The notes beneath the pieces are model-generated. The model saw only the letters and a program-made list of their open reading frames with translations. It was not told the origin of the DNA and did no database searches. A stretch of 64,000 bases of DNA from positions 31,780 through 95,779 of the forward strand of contig DASZJO010000114.1 in assembly GCA_035948015.1 (NCBI GenBank), in the 5' to 3' direction. Shown piece by piece: positions 46,217 to 53,490 of the stretch. Each line of letters begins with the position of its first letter. Position 1 is the stretch's first letter. The translations under genes were made by a program, and so were the position numbers. The stretch comes from Puia sp. (GTDB taxonomy: Bacteria > Bacteroidota > Bacteroidia > Chitinophagales > Chitinophagaceae).

Positions 46217-46606
46217 ATGGAAAAGCAAAAGAACGCAGTTGGTCGCCGTAAGGAAGCCGTAACCCGGGTCTTCCTCAGTAAAGGTGACGGTAAGATCATC
46301 ATTAACGATAAGGACTACAAACAATATTTCACCCTGGTATACCTGCAGAACCAGGTCGAACTGCCGCTCAAGACAGTCGAGCTCGCCGACAAATACGACG
46401 TGAAGATCAACGCCACCGGCGGCGGAATAAAAGGACAGGCTGAAGCCGCCAAGCTCGGCATCGCCCGCGCCCTCCTGGAAGTCAACGTGGAATTCCGGCC
46501 CGCTCTCAAAGCCGCCGGCCTCCTGCGCCGCGACCCGAGAGCCGTCGAACGGAAAAAACCAGGCCGCAAAAAAGCCCGAAGAAGCTTCCAGTTCAGCAAA
46601 CGTTAA
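46217..46606 (+). CDS. rpsI: 30S ribosomal protein S9
   Basis: GRRKEAVTRVFL...GGGIKGQAEAAKLGIARAL...RRDPRAVERKKPGRKKARRSFQFSKR. Confidence 0.97.
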   Translation: MEKQKNAVGRRKEAVTRVFLSKGDGKIIINDKDYKQYFTLVYLQNQVELPLKTVELADKYDVKINATGGGIKGQAEAAKLGIARALLEVNVEFRPALKAAGLLRRDPRAVERKKPGRKKARRSFQFSKR

Positions 46607-46631
46607 CAATCAAACTTATCAAATATAGAAA

Positions 46632-47504
46632 ATGGAAAATAACACTTCATTACAACAACAACTCCTCGAAGCAGGCGTCCATTTCGGCCACCTGCGTAAG
46701 AAGTGGAACCCCAAAATGCTGCCTTATATCTTCGCCGAGAAGAAAGGTATTCATATTATCGATCTCAACAAGACGACTGAGGCCCTTCAGGAAGCAGCTT
46801 CCGCACTGAAACAGATTGCAAAAAGCGGCAAAAAGGTCATGTTCGTCGGCACCAAAAAACAGGCAAAAGAGATCGTCACCGAATCTGCGACGAAGGTCAA
46901 TATGCCGTTCGTGACGGAGCGCTGGCTGGGCGGAATGCTCACCAACTTCAATACCGTCCGCAAAAGCGTCAAGCAGATGCAGAGCATCGAGAAAATGCTC
47001 AACGACGGCACCTTCGACAGCATCACCAAAAAAGAACGCCTCACTCTCTCCCGGGAAAAGGATAAGAAAGAAAAGGTCCTCGGAGGTATCGCTCAGCTGG
47101 GACGCGTCCCCGCCGCCCTGTTCATCGTCGACATCGGCCACGAGCATATCGCACTGGCAGAAGCCAAACGCCTCGGTATCACGACCTTTGGCATGGTCGA
47201 CACCAACTGCGACCCCAATAAGGTAGACTTCGCCATCCCTTCCAACGACGACGCCACTAAGTCCATAGCGATCATCGTAAACTATGTCACCGCCGCCATC
47301 GCCGAAGGCCTTGCCGAAAGACAAGCGGCAAAAGAAGAGGACGTGGAAGATACGGCAGCCGACGAGAACGAGAAGAAGGCCGCCCGCCTCCAGGCGGAAG
47401 CCGAAAGCGAAGCCGCCCGCAGCCGAGGCGAAAAGGTAAGAGGTGTCAGCCAGCCCAAACGCCGCATCCCGAACTCGGGTCCGCGACGCACAGGGGCGCG
47501 CTAG
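46632..47504 (+). CDS. rpsB: 30S ribosomal protein S2 (with an acidic/basic C-terminal extension)
   Basis: [30 protein letters not shown] and a full S2 core. The last ~60 aa are low complexity. Confidence 0.95.
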   Translation: MENNTSLQQQLLEAGVHFGHLRKKWNPKMLPYIFAEKKGIHIIDLNKTTEALQEAASALKQIAKSGKKVMFVGTKKQAKEIVTESATKVNMPFVTERWLGGMLTNFNTVRKSVKQMQSIEKMLNDGTFDSITKKERLTLSREKDKKEKVLGGIAQLGRVPAALFIVDIGHEHIALAEAKRLGITTFGMVDTNCDPNKVDFAIPSNDDATKSIAIIVNYVTAAIAEGLAERQAAKEEDVEDTAADENEKKAARLQAEAESEAARSRGEKVRGVSQPKRRIPNSGPRRTGAR

Positions 47505-47517
47505 CGGACGGGCCGGG

Positions 47518-47589
47518 ACGGGCCGGAGGCCCGTCGGACGCCGAAGGCGTCCCGACATTAGCGCTAAATAGATGGGCCGCAGGCCCATC
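47518..47589 (+). other. Three consecutive GC-rich triloop hairpins in the rpsB-tsf spacer
   Basis: ACGGGCC-gga-GGCCCGT (47518-47534), GGACGCC-gaa-GGCGTCC (47536-47552) and GATGGGCC-gca-GGCCCATC (47571-47589). None has a U tract. Confidence 0.6.
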
Positions 47590-47658
47590 GGCAAACACTT
47601 AGCGTTTGATGGAACAAAAACTATTTAAGGAACCTAAAGCATTTACAAAACCTAATAT

Positions 47659-48507
47659 ATGTCAACTGCAACAATCACCGCAGCAGATATCAATAAACTG
47701 CGCCAGACGACCGGCGCGGGTATGATGGATTGCCGCAAGGCATTGGTAGAGAGCGATGGCGACTTCGAAAAAGCTATCGACTACCTGCGAAAGAAAGGTC
47801 AGAAAGTAGCGGCCCTCCGTAGCGACAGGGAAGCTAAAGAAGGGGTGATCATCGCGACGACAACTCCCGACCACAAAACCGGCTTCATCGTTACCGTGGC
47901 TTGTGAGACAGACTTCGTGGCAAAGAACGCCGATTTCGTTGCCTTCGCCCAAAGCATAGCCAACATCGCGCTGAAAAATAATGTAAAGACCCTCGAAGAA
48001 CTGCTTGCCGCCAAGCTCGACGGCGCCACCGTCGCCGATAAGATCAACGATCAGGTTGCACGTATCGGTGAGAAGATCCAATTGGCCCGCTTCGAAAGGA
48101 TCGATGCGGAAGCCGTCGCGGCTTATATCCACGGCGCTTACCGCATGGGCGTATTGGTAGGGTTGTCTACGAACACTCCCGCAGTGCTGGAAGCCGGCAA
48201 GGACATCGCCATGCAGATCGCAGCCATGAACCCCGTAGCCGTTGACCCCGACTCCGTCCCCGCCGATGTCGTCAGCCGGGAAAAGGCGATCGTTACCGAA
48301 CAGATCAGGAATGACCCTAAGATGGCCGGCAAACCCGACGAAATGATCGAGAAGATCGCCGTTGGAAAACTCAACGCCTTCTTTAAAGAGAACACCCTCA
48401 CCGCCCAGGCCTTCGTAAAGGACGCCTCCAAAACCGTCGGGGACTATCTGAAAAGCGTCGACGCCTCAGCAAAAGTCACCCAGTTCAAAAGAGTTCAATT
48501 AGGATAG
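47659..48507 (+). CDS. tsf: Translation elongation factor Ts
   Basis: ITAADINKLRQTTGAGMMDCRKALVESDGDFEKAIDYLRKKG (UBA-like N-terminus) and a full EF-Ts core. Confidence 0.96.
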   Translation: MSTATITAADINKLRQTTGAGMMDCRKALVESDGDFEKAIDYLRKKGQKVAALRSDREAKEGVIIATTTPDHKTGFIVTVACETDFVAKNADFVAFAQSIANIALKNNVKTLEELLAAKLDGATVADKINDQVARIGEKIQLARFERIDAEAVAAYIHGAYRMGVLVGLSTNTPAVLEAGKDIAMQIAAMNPVAVDPDSVPADVVSREKAIVTEQIRNDPKMAGKPDEMIEKIAVGKLNAFFKENTLTAQAFVKDASKTVGDYLKSVDASAKVTQFKRVQLG

Positions 48508-48510
48508 CAT

Positions 48511-48538
48511 AAGCCGGGTTCGCCCGGCTTTTTTATTT
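48511..48538 (+). terminator. Rho-independent terminator after tsf
   Basis: AAGCCGGG-ttcg-CCCGGCTT followed by TTTTATTT. Confidence 0.85.
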
Positions 48539-48585
48539 ACCTTTTGTTTACCTTCGCCCCAACATTATAAGAACCATCCTTCTAT

Positions 48586-49299
48586 ATGGTGCCAAAGTAT
48601 AAGCGCGTCCTGCTCAAATTATCCGGTGAAGCCCTCATGGGCGACAAGAGTTTCGGCTTTGATAATGAGGTGATCGCTCAATACGCAAAAGACATCAGGA
48701 GCATCGTCGAGCTCGGCGTCCAGGTCGCCATTGTCATCGGCGGCGGCAATATCTATCGGGGAACGAACGAAGCGGAAACAGGCATCGAGAGAGCACACGG
48801 CGACTACATGGGAATGCTGGCCACCGTCATTAACGGGATGGCCATGCAGGCCGGCCTTGAAAAGATCGGCGTCTATACCCGCCTCCAAAGCGCCATCAAA
48901 ATGGAACAGATCGCCGAACCCTACATCCGCCGCCGCGCCATCCGCCACGTAGAGAAAGGCCGCGTGGTCATCTTCGGCGCCGGGACCGGAAACCCCTACT
49001 TTACCACCGATACCGCCGGATCCCTCCGCGCCATCGAGATCAATGCCGAAGTTATCCTCAAAGGTACCCGGGTCGATGGCATCTATACAGCCGACCCCGA
49101 GAAGTTTCCGGACGCGAAAAAATTCGAAACTATTACCTTCCAGGAGTGTATTTCGAAAAACCTGCGCGTCATGGACATGACCGCCTTCACCCTTTGCATG
49201 GAAAACCAACTCCCCATCATCGTCTTTGATATGAATAAACCAGGCAATCTTCTCCGGGTTGTTCGCGGTGAAAAAGTAGGCACTTTAGTAAAAGACTGA
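48586..49299 (+). CDS. pyrH: UMP kinase
   Basis: [43 protein letters not shown]. Confidence 0.96.
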   Translation: MVPKYKRVLLKLSGEALMGDKSFGFDNEVIAQYAKDIRSIVELGVQVAIVIGGGNIYRGTNEAETGIERAHGDYMGMLATVINGMAMQAGLEKIGVYTRLQSAIKMEQIAEPYIRRRAIRHVEKGRVVIFGAGTGNPYFTTDTAGSLRAIEINAEVILKGTRVDGIYTADPEKFPDAKKFETITFQECISKNLRVMDMTAFTLCMENQLPIIVFDMNKPGNLLRVVRGEKVGTLVKD

Positions 49300-49536
49300 T
49301 TATAAATCGGTTATCAAATAGGATCGGATTAGCACGTTTATGGATTTGCATTTATGCGATCCGTATAGTAATTTGTGCAATCGTAACACGCCAGCCTATT
49401 TTGGAAAAGGTCTCCTAGCCTTCCCCCCGTCAATATTCCCTTGAAAAACGGTAGTTGTTTATCGATGCATTCCCTGAGAACAAGATTGCACAAAGTATGT
49501 ATTTTAGATTGGTAAATTTTTTCGTTCCGAACCATT

Positions 49537-50613
49537 ATGAACAGCTTACATAATGAGGTATTGATGATACTGGGATTTCAGCTGACTGTGGGTCTGCCTG
49601 AGATAATCATCTGCGAGCTAGGCGCCTTAATTCTTGGATTTACGATCCATTTTTTCTGGAATTCCAAAAAAGACCTCGACCTCAACAACCAAACCAACCA
49701 GAACACCGGCATCAGCGACAATGATAATTGGAAGCTGAAGTATTACAACGACATGGATATGCAGGAGCGTGCCCAGCAACAGCTGCGCGAGCGCCTCACC
49801 CAGATCCAGGAGACGGAACGCAATCTGTCGATGGAGCTCGAAGAAAACCGCTCCGAGACGGAAGAACTGCGCGAAGAACTGGAGATCGTCCATACCCGCC
49901 TCAGCGATGCGGAAGCCAAGCTTAAACCTCCGACTCCGGCATCCGACCAGCCCGATCTGGCCAATAACTATATTTTTCAATTACGGCTCGCCCAGGAAAA
50001 ACTGGCCGAACATAATATTAATATCACCCGCCTGCTCGAACAGACTAGTCTGGTCGAAGAGTCGGAAAAGAAGACCCAGGAGCTCCTTCAACAGAACGAA
50101 AACCTCCACGAACAACTCCGCAATTCCGGCCAGCAACTCCTAGAAAAAGACACCGAGATCAGCCACCTCCGCCACCAGCAAAAACTGGCGGAAGAAATGG
50201 GTACCCGCCTCGACAAGGTTTACGAAGAATATAGTACGCTGCAGGATAAATTGCTGAAGCTCCAAAACTATCTCACCCAACCCCATAACCGCGGCACCGA
50301 CTATGAAGAGCTGAAAGACGCCTACTTCAAGCTGGGGAAGGAACACGATGAAATGAAGCTCAAATATCTCTCCCTGCGCGAAGAGAACCAACGCCTCAAC
50401 CGGATCATTGCCGACACCGAAGAGAAACTTAAAGAAGCCAATTTCCAACGGCAGCAATACCAAAAAAGATCCGCCTTCCTCGAAGAACTCAACCATGACC
50501 TCCAGGAGATCTCCGAACATAACAAAAAGATCGAGAGCCAGCTCCGGCGTGTCAGCGATATGGAATCCCTGCTGACCAAGATCACCCAATCCGGCCTGCG
50601 CGACGCCTTGTAA
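49537..50613 (+). CDS. Membrane-anchored coiled-coil protein of unknown function
   Basis: One or two N-terminal TM helices (ILGFQLTVGLPEIIICELGALILGFTIHFFW), then ~300 aa of heptad-like E/K/L/Q-rich sequence. Confidence 0.6.
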   Translation: MNSLHNEVLMILGFQLTVGLPEIIICELGALILGFTIHFFWNSKKDLDLNNQTNQNTGISDNDNWKLKYYNDMDMQERAQQQLRERLTQIQETERNLSMELEENRSETEELREELEIVHTRLSDAEAKLKPPTPASDQPDLANNYIFQLRLAQEKLAEHNINITRLLEQTSLVEESEKKTQELLQQNENLHEQLRNSGQQLLEKDTEISHLRHQQKLAEEMGTRLDKVYEEYSTLQDKLLKLQNYLTQPHNRGTDYEELKDAYFKLGKEHDEMKLKYLSLREENQRLNRIIADTEEKLKEANFQRQQYQKRSAFLEELNHDLQEISEHNKKIESQLRRVSDMESLLTKITQSGLRDAL

Positions 50614-50649
50614 GACGGCCTGCACATCTCAAACCAAACAGATTATCCC

Positions 50650-51291
50650 GTGTCTGACAACATTTCCGATATCCGCAAAGAATACAAACTCCGGACCTTG
50701 TCGGAGAAAGACGTGTCCCCCGACCCATTAAGGCAATTCGATAAATGGTGGCAGGAAGCCATCCACTCCAACATCGAAGAGGTCAATGCCATGACCCTCG
50801 CTACCGCCTCCGCCGATGGAATGCCCGACGGAAGAATTGTTCTGCTGAAAGGATTCGATGAGAAAGGGTTTACCTTTTTTACCAACTACAATAGCGCCAA
50901 AGGTCACCAACTCCTGGAAAACCCAAGGGCTTGCCTCGTTTTTTTCTGGGCTGCCCTGGAACGGCAGGTACGCCTCAGCGGCCTCGTAACTCTCGCCTCC
51001 CCAAAAGTAAGCGACGACTATTTCAATAGCCGCCCCGAAGGCAGCCGCATCGGCGCCTGGGCCTCGCCCCAAAGCGAAGTGATCGAAAACCGCGAATGGT
51101 TGGAAGAAAACGAGAAAAGACTAGGCAACGAGATGAAGGAGGACCTCCACCGCCCACCGCACTGGGGGGGCTATGTCGTACAACCTACCCGGATCGAATT
51201 CTGGCAGGGAAGGCCCAGTCGCTTGCATGACCGCATCCTATATACCCTCGCGGGCAAGGGTAAATGGAAGATCGAACGACTGGCGCCCTAA
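50650..51291 (+). CDS. pdxH: Pyridoxamine 5'-phosphate oxidase
   Basis: GRIVLLKGFDEKGFTFFTNYNSAKG, RIEFWQGRPSRLHDR. GTG start. Confidence 0.93.
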   Translation: MSDNISDIRKEYKLRTLSEKDVSPDPLRQFDKWWQEAIHSNIEEVNAMTLATASADGMPDGRIVLLKGFDEKGFTFFTNYNSAKGHQLLENPRACLVFFWAALERQVRLSGLVTLASPKVSDDYFNSRPEGSRIGAWASPQSEVIENREWLEENEKRLGNEMKEDLHRPPHWGGYVVQPTRIEFWQGRPSRLHDRILYTLAGKGKWKIERLAP

Positions 51292-51560
51292 CCTTTTTTG
51301 GCAGCCGGGGTCGCAGCACCCGCCGCCGCAGGTGCAGTAGTGGGCGCAGCCGCCGGTTTGGCCGCCGCAGGTGCAGCCGGAGCCGCCGCAGCCGGTTTTG
51401 CCACCGCAGGTGCAGCCGGGGCCGCCGCAGCCGGTTTTGCCACCGCAGGTGCAGCCGGGGCCGCCGCCGCCGGTTTCTTTACTCGCTTTGCCGGACGACT
51501 CTTGCCAAATGACCCCTTGAATATCTTTCCTTTTTTGGTTTTCTTATCTCCTCTTCCCAT
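51288..51560 (-). CDS. 30S ribosomal protein Thx homolog with a ~60-aa Ala/Pro/Lys-rich repeat extension
   Basis: The N-terminus MGRGDKKTKKGKIFKGSFGKSRPAKR parallels Thermus Thx [26 protein letters not shown]. The tail is (AAAPAAPAVAKPA)n. Its stop overlaps the pdxH stop. Confidence 0.7.
   Translation of the reverse strand: MGRGDKKTKKGKIFKGSFGKSRPAKRVKKPAAAAPAAPAVAKPAAAAPAAPAVAKPAAAAPAAPAAAKPAAAPTTAPAAAGAATPAAKKG
51343..51478. repeat. 39-nt tandem repeat (two identical full units, 51382-51420 and 51421-51459, plus degenerate flanking units) inside the Thx tail
   Basis: The unit GCCGCCGCAGCCGGTTTTGCCACCGCAGGTGCAGCCGGG is read twice in tandem. Confidence 0.85.
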
Positions 51561-51573
51561 AATAATGTTTTTT

Positions 51574-51626
51574 CAAAGCTACAAAAAGCTCCGATACCTG
51601 CATTCACATGCCCGGCAACGGAGCTT
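51574..51626 (-). terminator. hup terminator hairpin plus U tract, immediately followed by the Thx -7 box TAGCTTTG
   Basis: The minus strand reads AAGCTCCG-(25-nt loop)-CGGAGCTT then TTTTTGTAGCTTTG. The -7 box maps to 51574-51581. Confidence 0.55.
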
Positions 51627-51738
51627 CGCTATTCGGCGCAGCCCAGACTGACTATACCAAAGCCGCCGGGGGGAAGCGCAAGCTTCCGAACGAGTTCTTG
51701 CCAGCGGCAAGGACGAAGTTCACGTCCGTAGGACGGAC

Positions 51739-52008
51739 CTATAATTTCGCAGACAGTTCCTTGCCTGCTTTGAACTTAGCTACTTTCTTGGCCTTTATCT
51801 TGATAACAGCCCCGGTCTGAGGATTGCGGCCGTTACGGGCAGCCCTCTTCGATACAGAAAATGTACCGAAACCTACCAGTGTTACTTTACCGCCGCCTTT
51901 CAGCGTTTTGGTGACTGCTTCAACAAAAGAATCCAAAGAGGCATTTGCCTGGGTCTTTGTAATGCCAGCGTCATCGGCAACCTTTGCGATTAATTCAGCT
52001 TTGTTCAT
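51739..52008 (-). CDS. hup: HU family DNA-binding protein
   Basis: MNKAELIAKVADDAGITKTQANASLDSFVEAV...GFGTFSVSKRAARNGRNPQTG. The minus-strand -7 box TATATTTG maps to 52037-52044. Confidence 0.95.
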   Translation of the reverse strand: MNKAELIAKVADDAGITKTQANASLDSFVEAVTKTLKGGGKVTLVGFGTFSVSKRAARNGRNPQTGAVIKIKAKKVAKFKAGKELSAKL

Positions 52009-52277
52009 AGTGTAATTTTTTGTTTAATTAGCTCGACAAATATACCCGCTTTTTGAATCCAACAAAATTTTTTTGATTTTTGCGACGAGTCTGTATGCCG
52101 CTCTAAGCCGCTCCGGGCAAGGATTAGCGGAAAAATGCCTCCGTAATTTTCCCATCAGCCGTCGACATCGTTTCGCTGAAATGCAGTACAGTAAAGAGTT
52201 TCAATGGACATTAGCTGAAATCCTTGCCAGTTAAGGCTTTCGTTATCCACAAATAGTGCACAGGCCGGAAAGCCCGG

Positions 52278-52580
52278 CTACACTGACTCCATCAAGGTTC
52301 GGAAGGCAATGAACCCGTCGCCCCATTTCTCCCACCCCGCCTGCCTGAGCCCTGGTTCGAATTCCCTGCTGAACTGATGATACCGCTCCCGGGAAGTAGT
52401 TATGAACTGGACTACGAATGTCGGACCCTCTTCCTCATCCTGCTCCAGAAGTCGGTATAACCGGTAATCATCGAAGAGCCCCGTAGCTGACGTAGCCGGG
52501 ATCTGTTCCTCCAGTTGCCAGGTTAGCCAGCCTTCCAGGATCTCCCATCGGACCTTGCAGGTAATATTATAGACGATCAT
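52278..52580 (-). CDS. DUF4286 family protein
   Basis: A 100-aa product starting MIVYNITCKVRWEILEGWLTWQ, typical of the Bacteroidota DUF4286 family. Confidence 0.7.
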   Translation of the reverse strand: MIVYNITCKVRWEILEGWLTWQLEEQIPATSATGLFDDYRLYRLLEQDEEEGPTFVVQFITTSRERYHQFSREFEPGLRQAGWEKWGDGFIAFRTLMESV

Positions 52581-52593
52581 TTTTACCCCTTTT

Positions 52594-53490
52594 TTATATC
52601 CCTTTTTTATCGACTGCCCGGGCCAGTTTAACGCTGACGTACAATAACAACAGCAAAATTACCGCCACCGCACCCCACAACAAAAGCTCGGACTTCCTGC
52701 TGCTGCGCCGGTTCCGGATTGCCTGATTAAGCTTGATCCCCTCCAGTACGCTCAACCGATGCAGCGGGCCAAGCCCGACAGTGACCGGCGTCATCCGCAT
52801 GTTATCTGTAAAATACCGGAGGTCATAGTCGGGCAGCCCGACCTTGTAATCCACCGCCAGCTCATATTCATGATCCGGTTCCAAATAGGCTAACAAATAA
52901 ATACCCGACTGCGCCGTCGCCACCCGCTCGATCGTCAGCGGCGCATTGTCGTGGTTAGCAATGTCGATCATAAGCAGGTTCGCGTTGAGCGAAGGCACCT
53001 CAAAGACAGAATCCCCCGGATCGATGCTGATCGTTACCGCCGGTATCGCTGTCCCTTGATCGAAAACCGTCGAAACAACCGCCGTTCTCTTGTATAGCGC
53101 CGGCCGGGTGATAACGAGCGACAACCGATCGATCCGGTATCTGTCGTCGTATTTAAGCCAATAATAGGAGTGCCGGTCACTACTGTCCTGTTGCCGGATT
53201 ATCGGGTCGGGGATCGGCAAAAACCCCGCATTCAGCGGGTCATGAATATCCGTCTTCAGCACATACGGAGCCTCCTTGCCGTATTCATCGAGAATACGCA
53301 GATCGGAAAGATCATTCCCGCAGGAGGCGACAAGGGGCGGCGGAAGCACGATTCGATAGATACCAGCTTTCGCAACACGATCCACCTTTTCGGTGGCGGT
53401 AGGCGTATATTGCGCGGAGCAGGTGACGCTCAGCAGAAACCCCGCAGCTGAAAGCCATCCCCTAATCCGGTATTTTCGCCTCATGGTCAA
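52594..53490 (-). CDS. DUF3999 family protein (secreted, C-terminal TM anchor)
   Basis: Signal peptide GWLSAAGFLLSVTCSAQ and a C-terminal TM LLLWGAVAVILLLLLYVSV. Overlaps the upstream DUF2339 gene by 29 nt. Confidence 0.7.
   Translation of the reverse strand: MTMRRKYRIRGWLSAAGFLLSVTCSAQYTPTATEKVDRVAKAGIYRIVLPPPLVASCGNDLSDLRILDEYGKEAPYVLKTDIHDPLNAGFLPIPDPIIRQQDSSDRHSYYWLKYDDRYRIDRLSLVITRPALYKRTAVVSTVFDQGTAIPAVTISIDPGDSVFEVPSLNANLLMIDIANHDNAPLTIERVATAQSGIYLLAYLEPDHEYELAVDYKVGLPDYDLRYFTDNMRMTPVTVGLGPLHRLSVLEGIKLNQAIRNRRSSRKSELLLWGAVAVILLLLLYVSVKLARAVDKKGI

Noticed and set aside
49338-49535. 65-aa minus-strand ORF in the pyrH/coiled-coil spacer
   Set aside because: AT-rich spacer, no recognisable motif, no convincing promoter box, and Cys/Asn/Tyr-biased composition. 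Probably spurious, although a small protein cannot be excluded.
49300-49536. Absence of frr after pyrH as evidence of a deletion or rearrangement
   Set aside because: pyrH-frr linkage is common but not universal, and no frr remnant is visible in any frame of the spacer. Treated as ordinary gene-order variation.
51264-51651. Plus-strand ORFs 51264-51512 (Arg-rich) and 51298-51651 (Ala/Gly-rich) over the GC-rich repeat, and the idea that the repeat is a CRISPR or other non-coding array
   Set aside because: The minus-strand frame begins with an unmistakable Thx motif and runs through the repeat. The units are directly adjacent with no spacers and have a period that is a multiple of 3, so this is a coding tandem repeat. 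The plus-strand ORFs are frame artefacts.
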